NCBI GenBank assembly: GCA_028023455.1
Contig: JAQFVV010000007.1
Location: forward strand, 18,166,001-18,230,000
Direction of reading: 5' to 3'
DNA: 64,000 nucleotides
Origin: Epiperipatus broadwayi
Lineage: Eukaryota > Animalia > Onychophora
The position numbers and the translations under genes were made by a program. Under the pieces are notes generated by a model, which was not told the origin of the DNA, did not search any database, and saw only the letters and a program-made list of their open reading frames with translations. Every line of letters begins with the position of its first letter. Within the stretch, counting starts at the first letter, position 1. Positions 1 to 12,770 of this stretch are shown here, piece after piece.

Positions 1-1249
1 AGTATTTTTAGAGAATGGTAAAAACTTTTGAACTGACTTACGAATTTATAATCTTAATTAATAATCTATTTATTGTCAGTATCTGTAATTGGATAAGCAT
101 TTTTTTGGTACGTCATGTCTTGCACTCTTTAATAGATATACAAGACGGAACAAGAATAAATATATGCTATAGATTGAATGACGTTTAGTATCTTAGATTT
201 TCAAAATTTCTTATATCAGTTTTTCAATACTGTATTCCTGGAATCTGCATCTTAAAATTACAACTGATTCTAAATCATTCTCTAGAAGGCTTTATTAGAG
301 CATTGGGTGATATGGTATTGTAAGGATATTTTCAGTATAGATATCTCCTGAGATGCGTGTCATCATATAGACTTTTTCAGAGTGTTCACAAACATTAGGA
401 TACCTTTCATTTAATTTGCTCTGAAATGGATGTCTGAAAGTATTCAGAATTTTGTTGCATGTTATGTCTTATTTATTTTTAATCTCATCCCATTTCTCAA
501 TATCTGTAAAATAAAAATAACATGGTCCAGTTAGTAAAGTATATTTATTTTAACCAATTCTGTATTTGTAGTTAATGTTTAAACTTTTCTCTCTCCCCTT
601 TTATTTTAAATTGAATTTACCAATTTTTTCTAATAAATTTATGTATAATTAAGTATTAATATATATATATATATATTTTTTATAATTAAGTATTAATAAT
701 ATGCAATTTTTTTTAAGAATGCAAATATAATCTTTTATTTATTTATTTAGGTATAGAATGTAATAAGTTTTAAATCATTAATTCTGTAAGCAGCAGACAA
801 GTAAATAAATAATTGTAAGATTAATTACTTGGTAGGTCATGTGACATTTGAGGATCCAAGTATCAGAATAAGCCTATCCAGTTAAATAAGTTGATTTTTT
901 TTTACTTTGATTAGTTGAGACTTGATCCAGGAACCACTACCCTTTACAATTATTCTTTAATGTCTTTATAAAAATGCAAAGCATTAGACAGATTTAAATT
1001 GTGATATATACTGTATACACAAAAAACAAAATATTATTGGATTTTATTGTAGAAATAGACAATTTTTAAAAGCTAAAGGAATTTCTAGAATTGGTCAATC
1101 TGTTACTTTAATTACATCTGCCTATCTAAATTCATTTGAATTGTAAAATAAATAGTATAAGAATAAATAAATGAAATGCTAAGATATAGTACATTTATTA
1201 TCAGAGATTTAAAAAATAAGATATTTCAATCCCCTGTGAGATAAAGAAT

Positions 1250-1720
1250 GTTTGGATTGTGAAGGAAAAAAAATAGTAGTGTTGTGATATTGTATTCTGA
1301 AAAGTGAAGCAGAAATAATGGTGTAGGTATTGTTTTAAATCCAAGAACATATGAGTGATAAAAGTTGCATTTTTGAAAGAAAGAAAAAAACATTAATAAA
1401 AATTAGTGAGAGATTGGTTTGATTCAAAATAAATTTACAAGTATTATAGAAAGTGCATTTTGAAGCTGATAAAGATTTAAATCCCATATTAGTACACAGT
1501 TGAAGAGTTTTAAAGAAGATTAACTATAAGGAAATAAGCAAATGATAAAGAAGAGAACAGTAGTAAAGGGGAAAACAATTTGTTAGATAAAAAAATAAAT
1601 ATATATAGTAATGATGTTAGTTGACAAGGTAAAGTCAATAAAAATAGACTTATTAGATAAGAAAATAAGAGTATATAACTATGAAATTAAATGACAAAGT
1701 CAAATAAACAAAGGAATTAT
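1250..1720 (+). mobile_element. Highly degenerate non-LTR retrotransposon AP-endonuclease region remnant
   Basis: AATAATGGTGTAGGTATTGTTTTAAAT (about 1315-1341) reads NNGVGIVLN, an APE-domain-like motif; the surrounding purine-rich sequence is full of stops. Boundaries approximate. Confidence 0.3.
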
Positions 1721-3309
1721 GAAAAATTGAAAATATAGCCTTAGGTTATAAAAAAATAAAAAACCAAAATGTCATGGCTTAGTAATAAGGTAATCAGGTA
1801 TTTACACTTTATTCAGGCAGTGAGATTTCAAATACAGATTAATTCACTGATAGATAGCAAGAAAACGAAAACATTTTTTTTTTTTTAAGTGAATATTCTA
1901 TTATAAACCAACATTTTCACTAACAGTCTGGATATTATCTAATATTCACTAAATAGTATGTAAATAAAGACTAATTAAACATATGTATAATTTTCTAAAA
2001 TGGAAAACAATTAATTTAAGTAAATATTATTTAATATTTATTAAATAATATTCTCTTAAAAAAATTAATTGTTTTTAATCAATCTTTCTTATTGCATTGC
2101 CAAATGTATACCATATAATACTAAGCCATCCATACACTTTACTACTGTTACACAATGCTTTATTTACCACCCTCTTTTACAGTTTACAGTTTTGATTGCC
2201 CCAACAATCTTTTTCAGAATTTTTATATCTCCTAACTTCAACTGCTTAATTCAAACATTGTGTAACAATAGTAAAGTGCATGGTTGATTTAGTATTATAT
2301 GATATTAATTGTTTTTGTTGGTAAATATGTTTAATTCAGTCTTTATTTACACATTTGTTCATGCCGGCATTTTTCATCACCACCAGACTAATAGATAAGT
2401 GCCGAGATAAATAAAATGAGAAAGAAAAATGGAAAAGCCTAATTTTTAAAAAGATACTTAACATAGAAGAAACTTAAAGCAAAAAAAAATATAAGAAAAT
2501 AAAGAAATTACAAAGAAAGCTGGCCCAGGTTTGTTTTCCGGTCAACGCTTTGATATATATATATATATATAAAGGGAAATTCATTTAATATTTTACCATT
2601 CTCTCAGCAATAATGAAATGATTGAATATAGTAAATTATTGATAAAATAAAATATTAGTAAAGAAAAAGAGGTATATGGAAAACATTGGAAGGATATATA
2701 TGTGATTTGTATGATAGAGACATTAAAGTGTATACTGAAATGAGTTTTATTGAGATGAAATCTTGCAAATTAAGAGAATTTTGTGAGCTTCAGATTTAAT
2801 TATGGAAAAAATTGTAAAAAAAAAAATGTTTATTATTTTAAAACTCTGTTTATTTCATTATATACTTTATACAGCATTAAGTTATATGTCAGAAGTTTTA
2901 TATCATTTAACATGTTATATTAAATAAAGCCTTAATATTAATAATTTTTATTAGTCATTCATTAGATAAGAGATTATTTATTAAAGCCTAAATATATTTT
3001 GTTCCTAATCATTGTTTTCTTGCATTTCTAATGAATTTTTTATTTTAGTAGAAGACAGTTCTATTAATAATGAGTGTGTGACAGTTATCTTATCTTTACT
3101 TAAGTTATAAAAGATACCACACATTAGAAATTCCCTGTGGCTACATTTTCATTCTTACTTTTTTGGTATGTATTTATCTCTTGTTTATTCCAATATTCAT
3201 GGAAATGTTGAATAGAATAAGGCTTTTATCTTAAAATATTGCTTCCATCTTACTAGCCATGTGAATCTTAACAGTGATAATGTATTTCTTATTGTTTTCC
3301 TGTCACATA

Positions 3310-3660
3310 CCAGGAATCTTGATGTCAATGTCTTGCATTGGTGGTCGAGAGGTCAGCATGACTGCCTTGCACTAGCAGGCAGTTACCTGGGTTGTGGGTT
3401 CATGTCCTGGACAATGCTATGACACTTAAAAAAAATCTTGCTTAGTGAGTTTTTGGAGAATATTAGATTTGAACTAATGGACTGAAGAAATGTCAATATT
3501 CACTGATGTGTAAGATAGTTTTTTCTTCTTGCCCACATGACTTATCCAATGTATCAAAAGACCATCTATAAAATTTGTTGAGAAAAACTATAGTTGGGAA
3601 ACCTGTAAATGCCAGTATGTGTCAATGGTTCATCTAACAATTTATTTTCTAGTATTTTTA
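3310..3660. repeat. Dispersed repeat, homologous to about 29480-29710; interrupted by a short SINE
   Basis: Shared blocks such as cttgatgtcaat, caatattcac(t/a)gatgtgtaaga, gcccacat(g/a)actta and tagttgggaaac occur in the same order at both loci. Confidence 0.6.
3338..3435 (+). mobile_element. Short tRNA-derived SINE/retrocopy (tRNA-Ala-like family)
   Basis: A-box-like TGGTCGAGAGG, ctgccttgca arm, B-box-like GGGTTCATGTCC and an A8 tail; homologous to the copy at 13433-13542. Confidence 0.55.
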
Positions 3661-5232
3661 TAGATGGATGGTATGTTATTTGACTTATTTGAAGTATGAT
3701 TGTTTGATCTCTGGTATCAAGGTAGGCCAGACTCAATCTCACCAACTATAATGTTTTTTCAATTTTTACCAACTCAGATGGCTGACAATTGGGAAAGTTG
3801 ATGTTAAACTGAGAATAAATCATACATATTCTGCTGAATGATTTTTATCCACCAGTCTAAAATGATAATAGTTTAGATTCTGAACCCCATAAATAATTAT
3901 TTATGTATTTATTAAGGTTTGCTATTGGTATATTATTTTTACTTGTCCATGGTGCATAGAATACTAATAGACCTTTAAGGATAGAGTTAACTATTTTTAG
4001 TTTTGTTCTTAGATGGCATTTAATAGGACTGAAAGATAATAATTTACTTGAGAACTTATCAGTGGGTGACATAGAGACACACACTGAAATACCTAAAAAT
4101 GTAGCTGGAACTGCTATAAACTTTGATGAGATTTTTCTTACTGTCAGTATCTGCCATGCTAAAGGTTTGTCCTCTGATATTATTGATCCAGTTGTTTAAG
4201 AAAATTTTTTTAGATACTCCATAACAAGAATGTTACTTCTATGGTAATTATTACTACATCATCAATATAAGCTAATGTATTTATATTTTTTCCAAGGTTG
4301 GAGACAAATATTCTGGAAATATTAATATTAATCTATCTCAAAAGAGATACAATGTACATAGCAAATAAAGTGGAGAGGGGGGATGGGGTGATCCTTGTGC
4401 AAGGCCTTTTGGAATATGAAATATTAGAACTGTATGCAATTATTTGCATCTGGTTTTTTATTTCTTATATAAGGCCATAAGTTAGTGTTGGGTTTTCTAG
4501 TATGATCTTATATATCTTTTTAGAAAGAAAAAAATGTAAATATATATAGTCAAAGGCATCTTTGAAATCAATTTTTATTGCAATCACATTAGATAGACTG
4601 TTTTGTTTTACATATAATACTATTTCATGATATGCCAATGTTTCTTGATGAATGTGTCTTCCAGATAGATATAAAGAAGTGTTTATTGTAATGTAATAAT
4701 CCTAGAAAAGAATCAGTAGATTTTTTCCCCAGCAGTTATGAATTCATTGAAAAAAGTGTCTAAAATTTTAATGAAATTAGATTTTAGAAAAATTAATTTA
4801 ATGTTTCATGCATTTTAATGAGCCATTTAATGCTAAATAGAATGATTTTAAATAGATTGGACATATTTCTATGTGAAAAGTTTATTGAATTTAGAAAACA
4901 AAAAAATAAAACCCTAGGAGATACAATTTGAATGGTTAAAAACTATTATTGATATACTGTATAAAGATATAAAGGAGAAAATATTTATAAAGTTAAATCT
5001 ATAAACAATTGCTGGTTGGTCACATCTCTCAAAAGCCAGTTTATTCTTAGATAATCTTCTATTCAAGTTTATTAATTTTATTCATTATGTTTATATCAGT
5101 TTTAATAATTCAAGTACTTATTGTTAGTATAGGGGATTTGAACTTAGACTTTCAAGTACCCATCAACTATCCACACTATCTCATATCACTGATACACATG
5201 ACTACACACACATGTGGAAAGGATAAATAATC

Positions 5233-5276
5233 ACCAATATAAATATTTTGTGCTAAACCAGCACTCATCAGTTGGT
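5233..5276 (-). ncRNA. Degenerate type-I hammerhead ribozyme (family B)
   Basis: accaa CTGATGA GTGCT ggttt AGCAC aAAA TATTTATA ttggt: core and stem II intact, G12 changed to A, stem III mutated. Confidence 0.7.
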
Positions 5277-5306
5277 CCAGATTATTATCTCTTGCACATG
5301 TATATA

Positions 5307-5349
5307 ATCAACTGATGAGTCCTGGTTTAGACAAAATATGTATATTGGT
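5307..5349 (+). ncRNA. Degenerate type-I hammerhead ribozyme (family B)
   Basis: tcaa CTGATGA GTCCT ggttt AGAC aAAA TATGTATA ttggt: G12 changed to A, stem II damaged. Confidence 0.65.
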
Positions 5350-5569
5350 GATTATTTATCTTTTCTACATGTGTGTTGTCATGTGTATCAATGATATGAG
5401 ATAGTGTGGATAGTTGACAGGTACTTGAAAGTTTGAATTCAGATCCCCTATATTTACAATTAGGCTCTAGGTATCTGAAGAGTGCCTGTATTTCAAATAT
5501 TTAAGCACTTATTATAATTAAATTCTTTTTATTCATTATATCAAATCTTTATTTTGTTCTTTTTGTTGA

Positions 5570-6110
5570 AATACTGAACATTTTTAGCCATTTGGTAAAC
5601 AGTTTTATTTTCAGCCTGATAGTCATTGTAAAACTTTCCATAACTTTGAAGTATTATTTGCCAAAATAGTAGTATCAACCACAAATTCCATATACTGTAA
5701 TTTAAGTAATTTCATTTTATTTTTATTTCTATCACTTATTCTATTTCTTTTATAATTTGCAAAATACTTCTTATAAAATAGTCTAAAAGGTTTTAAAGGA
5801 ATGAGAACTTCCTTTTGTGTGCCCTTATTGATGTTGATGATTTTAGTGCGATCATGTAACTATCAAATCATTGCATTTTGATTGACACTATTTAATATTT
5901 AACAATTACTCTGGTCTATGTTATAATATTTAGGCTTTTAACCACAGCTTATAGTGTCAAATGTATTTTCTTACATTAACATTTAATGCAAAATTGCTTC
6001 CAACACAATCTTTTTGCAACTTCTTTTAATCTTGGTTGCGATGATATACCATGCTAATTATTTTAAAGTTTAGTTTGCTCTTTTAATTGGCTTATATGCA
6101 AAGTTTTGGA
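5570..6110 (-). mobile_element. Old RTE-like reverse transcriptase remnant
   Basis: Minus-strand fragments INKGTQK.. and EFVVDTTILANNTSKLWKVLQ*L resemble the KGVRQG and FADD-VV...L motifs of the younger RTE copies in this window. Confidence 0.4.
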
Positions 6111-6149
6111 TAGAAAGGATCTAAAATTTGGACACTTAGCAGAAGAGCA

Positions 6150-6525
6150 ATATAGAGATTTTAGACCATTCAATAAAGAATGAAAAAGTGCATGTTAGGA
6201 GTAACAGGAAAAGATAAAAAATGAAATACATGGATGAAAGAACAAACTTGTGTTACTGACATCATCGAAAAATTAGGAAACTGAAGTGGAGTTGGGATGG
6301 ACATATTATTAGAAGAAATGATGGACAATTGAAATCTTAAACTGGGTTCCAAGTGATTGTAAAAGACCTAGAAAGATTCCATGTGTGAGATGGATGGATG
6401 AAATAAAAGAAATGTGCTCGGATAATGTGGAGAAGAAAGACTAGACATCAGAGGTAATGGATAAAATTTGGAGAAACCTTTATCATGCATTATATCAATA
6501 ATAGTTGAAAATTATAATGATAATA
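6150..6525 (+). mobile_element. RTE LINE 3' fragment (older copy)
   Basis: Clear nucleotide homology to the 3' ends of the RTE copies at 18346-18720, 29080-29437 and 39700-40052. Confidence 0.8.
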
Positions 6526-6989
6526 TATTTTTATCTCCTTATAATTATTAATAACACTATCATATTATTTCAATAAGATATCATATTCTTAGCATCTGAA
6601 CATTTTATTGTCATTTGTTATATAATGATTTTATCATTTTAGGGAGTTTCTTCATTTTTTAAAAATTTAGTTCTGTAATTGATTCAGTTTTAAATTTAAA
6701 ATATGAATTTCAATACAAGTTATTGCTTTTATATGCTTTTTTTTATTGCAATACTAAATAGTTGTTCTTTGTATAATTTTTTCCATACATTTCAAAATTT
6801 GATCTTTCTCTTTTGTATTCACACCACCTTTCATAATTTTCAACAACATAATTTTCTTCTGCTCTGCATAATTTGGTATAGTGATAAGGTTGCAGATTCT
6901 GGAGCTCAAAGTCCAAGAATTGTGCCCAGCTTGGTCACTTCTGGTTATCAAATTTCTTATGAATTTAATTTTCTTCTTCTTCCTTTTCT

Positions 6990-7290
6990 TATGTATTGAT
7001 TCTTTATTTTTACACATCATACCATTTACAACTTTTTTAAACAGTTCAACAATACTATTTTTTATCAACCTTTACTCTTATAGTTTTGACTGTCCTGCAG
7101 TCATCATCAGAGCTACAATATCCAAATATATAATCATACAATTAATACATTATATATTTAGATATTGTAGCTCTGATGGTGACTGCATGATAGTCTAAAC
7201 AGTAAGAATAAAGTTTTGATAAAAAATAGTATTGTTGAAGTATTTAAGAAAGTTGGAAATGGTATTCTTATGAATTTCTGAGCAATAAAT
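6990..7290. repeat. Family-C fold-back repeat carrying two hammerhead-like cores
   Basis: Inverted arms about 6990-7130 and 7152-7290. Minus: CTGATGA t GACTG cagga CAGTC aAAAC (core 7104-7110). Plus: CTGATGG t GACTG catga TAGTC tAAAC (core 7173-7179). Confidence 0.6.
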
Positions 7291-7591
7291 CAGTCAATAA
7301 CTTTCATCATAATATAAAACATGCTGTTTTATATCTTTGATGTTTTTCTTTTCTTCAGCTTTTTTAGTCATTTTGTAATAACATTTTCTTAGATATAATT
7401 AATTCTTTTACCAATTATACAAAATTCCACTTACTCATTTTTTTTAGATGGGCCAGCTTATGTTATATATTCTTCCTTTCTGCATATATTGCCCTTTCTT
7501 TATAAAATACACAATTTTAAATTTCTTTTTTTTATTACTGTTCATTTTATAATCTCATTCGAATTTAATCCATCTTCTAAATCTTATAATA

Positions 7592-7726
7592 ATTTAAGAT
7601 AGTTTGTAAGTTCTATTTTAGATTCATTGAAGATTGATTTAAGATAGTTTGTAAGTTCTATTTTAGATTCATTGAAGATTGATTTAAGATAGTTTGTAAG
7701 TTCTATTTTAGATTCATTGAAGATTG
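7592..7726. repeat. Perfect tandem repeat, 45 bp x 3
   Basis: atttaagatagtttgtaagttctattttagattcattgaagattg repeated three times. Confidence 0.95.
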
Positions 7727-8009
7727 ATAATCTTATCTTTTAATTGTATCTGTTTTAACAGTTTCGTTCTTTCTAGCTTTGCATTCAAGTCTTATATCTC
7801 ATTGATGAATGATAATTTAGGGTTGAATCTATTAAGCCATTGTAGTTTTAAAATACATATTTTCTTTTAGTTTGTTGTAGGTTTATTGGAATAACTATAA
7901 GTGCATTTCTTTTTCTTTTAAAGAATGTAAAGTTCTTTATGTTTTTACTTTGCAAATACCCCAAATGCAAAACACAAAACATCACATGATCTTTGCCTAA
8001 ACAGTGATG

Positions 8010-8105
8010 TGATGTGATGCACTGTGAATTTTCCTTAAATGGAGTCAAGAATCTCTCAGCAACTATGCCCAGAGAAACCTGTTAGCCATTTTACGTTCCC
8101 TTTCC
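8010..8105. repeat. Dispersed repeat, homologous to about 40160-40262
   Basis: Shared gtgatgtgatg...gtcaagaatctctcag...tatgcccagagaaacctgttagc. Confidence 0.7.
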
Positions 8106-8249
8106 ATTCTCCACCCTAAGTTTTCACCTACCATGTTTCTGCCATCTTGTGGAAGCTAAATAGCAAGCAAGAATTTCAGGTTGATAGTTTGATAATAAAA
8201 AAAACTAAATGTTGGCTTTTGAAGAAAAGATATGCTAGACTTAAAACCA

Positions 8250-8330
8250 AAATTCCTCACTGATGAGAGCCATAAGTGAGAAACTAATCTGGGGATATAG
8301 ATGGAACAGCAGTGGATAGGGATTATCTAA
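8250..8330 (+). mobile_element. Family-A hammerhead element fragment (degenerate HHR 8254-8295)
   Basis: tcctca CTGATGA gagccataagtga GAAAC taatc tgggga...gatagggat aligns to 23348-23420; stem II and III broken. Confidence 0.75.
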
Positions 8331-8578
8331 AGTTAATTTTTTATTTCATAGGTAACTTATCTTTACCTTAACATTTCTTTTCATTGCCTAGCATTTTATC
8401 CTGTGATTTACAACGTGCTATACTCACTCTTGCATGTTTTTCAATTTATATATTATGAGACAGATTTATTAAAGTATGTAGTGAAGTACATTACTAGCTT
8501 TATAGATATAATAAACACCTCCATACTTCCCCAACTTTTTTCAAATTCATATAAATAAAGATATAATAAAAGACAAAT

Positions 8579-8660
8579 GACCCCCAAGATGCATTTCGTG
8601 CTGAACCAGCACTTATCAGTTGGCCCAGGTCACTATCTCTCATATATATCTCTATTATAT
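8579..8660 (-). ncRNA. Hammerhead ribozyme, family-B2 variant, one core mutation
   Basis: gacctgggccaa CTGATAA GTGCT ggttc AGCAC GAA ATGCAT C ttgggggtc: stems I, II and palindromic III intact; G8 changed to A. Confidence 0.75.
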
Positions 8661-8904
8661 GCAAAGTATTTATCTAGAGTAAATTGTTACTTTTTAAAAC
8701 TGTATGTAGAGTTTATTTTATAAACTTCTGACTTAAAAATGAAAAAAAACTTTATTGGAAAATAATTTTGTTTCAAGTCTCAATAGTTAATTTTAATTTC
8801 CAGTATATGGATTTTTGTTTTTATAGAAGCAGTACATATTATAATTTTCATTTTTTGATGCATTAAAATGGAAATTACAGTAGTCAAGAATTCTTATTTC
8901 AGGG

Positions 8905-8990
8905 ATGCCAGAGTGGTTTAGGGCAGTGGTAGAGTATCAGATTCTGGATAGTAAGAATCTGGGATCCATTCTATTTCTGGCACTCCTGGG
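8905..8990 (+). mobile_element. tRNA-derived SINE head (family also at 23542-23610, 26630-26700, 31960-32040)
   Basis: gccaga...tctggc acceptor-like pairing, gcagtggtagag D-arm/A-box-like motif and degenerate B box; several homologous copies. Confidence 0.55.
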
Positions 8991-9099
8991 CACTTGAATT
9001 TCATATGCCATAACGCCATAAGATTATTATTTTTCCAGTGGTTCCCCCAGCTCAGGATTATCCCTTTTTTTTTATTTGTTTGTGACTCAAAATTCTCTC

Positions 9100-10400
9100 T
9101 ATTTTTCTTTTTTGTTTGTGACCCATTGAAAGAACGGTCCTCTTTACATTAGCGAGTACATAAAGAAAATATAAAATCTTGTCTCCGATGATTAAAAGGG
9201 TTCTAAATTTAGTCTATAATTTTTTTTTTTAAAAAAAGATCGTTGTGCTAAAAAAGAAGATAATGAAAACTGCAGAAGGTTAATTTCAATAATTAAAGGC
9301 AAAATTAGTTTATTTAGTTGTATTTATTAGGGTATTAAATTTTTTACGAGACAGGTTTTGATATTGAAGCGTATTTATAGTCGAGCAAGTTAGTGTACCA
9401 CTCATTACAAACATTTGATCTAGAATCATTTATTTAAAAACGTATCACAAATAATGTACTTTTTCCAAAAGAGAAATTAAATCGGTATTCTGTATTCTTT
9501 GAACTTTGAGTTTAGAAAATTCACCGGAGAAAACTATGAAAATACACCTACGGAAAATTAGATCATTTTCAGTAACTAAAGAGTTCGTCAGAAATATATT
9601 ATTTACACATTATTTTTTGTGTATGACCAGAATACGTATTTTATTTAATTAACCAGCAACATTAGTTTCTCTTTCTTTTTCTTTTTTTTAAAAAAAATAT
9701 TTTGCACTTTTAAAACCGAATGACCAATTCTTTCTCTCTCGCGCAACCTTAATTTGAAGATATTTATGTTAAAGCGTAGAAACTGTTTAATTAATAATGT
9801 TTTCTTTTGCTTCTTATCCTTTTTTTTTAACTCAAAAGAAAATAATTCACCTACCTCAACTTTGACCTACTTATCGATCACTCTAGATTAACCTCGCTCT
9901 ATCGAAGTTGCCGGCACTTAACAGTTAAAACAAAGAATGAGATTTCAGTCTAATACCGTACATCCATTAAAAAAAAATAATAATACAAATAATTAAATCT
10001 CTGTATTTGTTATACTCTTAAGTATTATTGTATCAAATTACTTTTTATTTTTAAATTTAGTAAATAGCATATTTAAAGGTCCAAGAAATATGTATATATA
10101 AAGAATTGTGTTAAATTTTTTGTCCGTAGGCGCTGAGAGAATTAATTAGGCAATTAAGTTTTGTAATTAGATAATTATATTTAATCATTATCGCCAGTAG
10201 TTTAATATTGTTCGCCACCTCCTTAACAATTTATTTTAGTATCTCAAATTTATTCTTATGTCATAAAAAAATATATAATTTAATAAATCATTCTACCTCC
10301 CCCAATTGGCATAATTCCCATATATAAATAATCCACCGTAACACACTACAAATCTTGTTTATTGTATGAATTAAAATGTTTTCCGCATTCATCTGTGTAT
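9100..10400. promoter_or_regulatory. CpG-retaining, promoter-like region
   Basis: CpG dinucleotides are visibly more frequent than in flanks; near-DRE TATCGATC at about 9872; minus-strand donor-like AG|GTAGGT at about 9850. Confidence 0.35.
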
Positions 10401-10864
10401 ATATCATTATGCATTTCCACTTGAGTTTTGGTCATATTCTACGTTATTTTTAAGGTTTATCCCTTTTTTCCTTCCAAATTATTTTACTTCAAACTTGTCT
10501 ACTTGGAGAAAAGAAATAAATATTGAAAATAGCCATAGAATATAATCGAAATGTAGATGGGTATGTATAATGATATTTAAAAAGTGCAAATATATATAAA
10601 AGAAAAAAGGAATGGTGCTATGTTATGCAATTAGACATTCAGAATGATGTATAATGTTTTAAGAACAAATTAGAGGGGGTGGAAAGATTTTTAGATGATA
10701 TAAAAATAGAATGAGCCTATCAGATGATCACAGAATTATGAGTTAAATCAGAAAGTAGAAAGAGAATAAACGTATATATATATAAGATTATTAAAAAAAT
10801 GGATAATCATCTACATATAAACTCTCTGGAGTTATAACATATTTGTTCTTTAAACCTTTAATAT

Positions 10865-11090
10865 ATCTCATGATCCCCATTTTTTATGCTTATACAAGCT
10901 GTTAAAACAGTAGCAACTCTCTCCATGCAGTAATGTCACCCAATGTAAGCCATAACAATCAATGGATGCTAGAAGGCTTGTTCATCAAAATTCCTATCTA
11001 ATGCTTACTTATCTAATAGTCCCAGATTAGTTTCTAATGTTTAACCTTCATCAATGAAGAGCTTTTTATCTGAGATCATTGTACCCAATT
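10865..11090 (-). mobile_element. Family-A hammerhead element copy (degenerate HHR about 11020-11060)
   Basis: Aligns to the reverse complement of 23320-23544; core TTGATGA...GAAAC TAATC tggga; homology ends about 160 nt downstream of the cleavage position. Confidence 0.75.
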
Positions 11091-11939
11091 CCACAGTTAC
11101 ATAATTTTACACATAATTTTGGTTTTTTATTTCACACAAATTGAGTAATGATTGAATATATGAAGAATCATATAATTTTTTATATTTCTTTCTCTTAGAA
11201 AATATGAAAATGAATTTGATAAATTTATATATATATATTTAAAGACTTTTATATATATACTATGGTTAATTGCGTTCTTCCCTCCACTCAAACAAAAATA
11301 AACAAGTAAAATAAGTCTTCATAAAAATTAGTTTGTAAATAATAATTCTTCCTCACTAGCTCCATACATAATATTAAATCATAGATGTTAAATGTGAGGA
11401 TACTCTCATTCCAGTTGCAAACCATCCTATTACCTTCTTTTTAATGTCTAAATAGAATTATGATCTGACACTGCACTAGTAAAATTCATGATTATTACAT
11501 AGTTTAACATTTTCTAATATTAGCACGAAGTAAGTCTTAACAAGATTATCAAAATAAATAAATGTAAAGTGAAGTTCACACTCTCATTACAAATCACTTA
11601 AGATTGGCCTATATAAATGCATATAGGCATAAAAATGAGATGATTTTTCTTATTTTCTCAAAGTTTTTATTTTGTGGAAGAAATGAGAGTATCCTCATAA
11701 TGTCATTGATTTAATATTATGTACCATGCTAGTAAGGAAGGTTTATTAGTGTCTAAATAGAATTACAATCTGACACTGTACCAGTAAAATTCATGATTAT
11801 TTCATAATTTAATATCTACTATTAGCAAGAAGTACACCCGGGTCTCATTTTATGCAGATTATTTTAATGCAATTTTGAAGTTATGTGATTCATATTTCTT
11901 TTTAATATCTTTGTATGCAGTTTTCTTTTATGCAATAAA

Positions 11940-12065
11940 AATTATTAGATCAGAAGTCAAGCTTTGATAATGCGCTATTACTTTAAATATTATAAATTTT
12001 GCGTACTCACACATCATAATTAAAGTAATAGTGCATTATCAGAGTTTGACCTCCATCTAATAATT
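11940..12065. mobile_element. Small hairpin MITE-like element inside the pogo element
   Basis: gtcaagctttgataatgcgctattacttta and taaagtaatagtgcattatcagagtttgac are imperfect inverted repeats; the inversion extends to aattattagat/atctaataatt. Confidence 0.55.
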
Positions 12066-12339
12066 TCAATATTTTCAGTGCTTTATAATAGTACTGTAAT
12101 AGATTTTATGCAATAAAGAAGTTCATAATTCACTTAAAATCAGGATTTCCCCATTTTATATACACACATTAAATTTTACAAGATTATAATGTAAATCTGT
12201 TCAAATGTTATAGATGCCTATACTATGCATGTTGTTGTTTTTGCATTTTAAATCACATTCTATTTTTGCTTTTTAAAAAAAGAGTATGTAATCAATTAAT
12301 CATTTAGTGTCTGCAAGTTTATTTTTAAAAGGTGAGTAA

Positions 12340-12554
12340 CAGTGGTGGGCACAATTAAATTTGACAATTAAAAATTAAAATCTGATTTTTAATTGTAATT
12401 AACAATTTAAAAATTACGTAATGTGATCTGAAATTAATGTGATGTGAAACAATGAAATTTGATTTTTAAACAGAATTGAAAATTAAAAAATTAAAGACAA
12501 AAATAAGAATTTAATTTTTAATTGTTAGTTTTAATTAAATTTTGCCCAACAGTG
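12340..12554. mobile_element. hAT-like MITE (215 bp) nested in the pogo element
   Basis: TIRs CAGTGGTGGGCA / CACTGTTGGGCA; 8-bp TSD gtgagtaa (12332-12339) / gtgagtag (12555-12562). Confidence 0.75.
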
Positions 12555-12659
12555 GTGAGTAGGTGTCTTTTTATTATCATAAGTCTAAGTTCTTATTTTT
12601 ATTTTAAACTTTTAGTTTACCCTAATGGAGAGAAAAAACACCTAAGAAAATGAATTTCT

Positions 12660-12770
12660 TTGGAAACAAAAATTTCAATTTTAGATCACTTAGTGAAATG
12701 GGAAGGATCAACAGTGATTGGAAAACATTTTAGTTTGGGTGAGTCCACTATAAGAGCAATTAAAAAAATG
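12660..12770 (+). pseudogene. pogo/Tigger transposase N-terminal HTH remnant
   Basis: ETKISILDHLVKWEGSTVIGKHFSLGESTIRAIKK resembles the CENP-B/psq-type HTH of Tigger transposases. Confidence 0.75.

Larger units (their letters stand above)
5123..5498 (+). mobile_element. Family-B hammerhead element, fold-back insertion (short inverted arm + long arm with tail)
   Basis: Arms about 5123-5300 and 5309-5457 are inverted repeats. The long arm continues about 40 nt, and that tail is homologous to 63108-63155. Putative aged TSD attcaagtacttatt (5108-5122) / atttaagcacttatt (5499-5513), 13/15 identical. Confidence 0.8.

Noticed and set aside
5123-5498. Calling the fold-backs (5123, 22705, 62047, 63108) ordinary MITEs
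   Set aside because: The arms are asymmetric (one has a 36-48 nt extra tail), TSDs are 12-15 bp and variable, inversion junctions differ between copies, and the arms carry hammerhead cores. This fits target-primed retrotransposition, not DNA transposition.
8905-8990. Functional tRNA gene
   Set aside because: The acceptor-like stem is present but the anticodon and T arms are irregular and multiple diverged copies exist; treated as a SINE head. No intact tRNA or rRNA gene was seen in the window.
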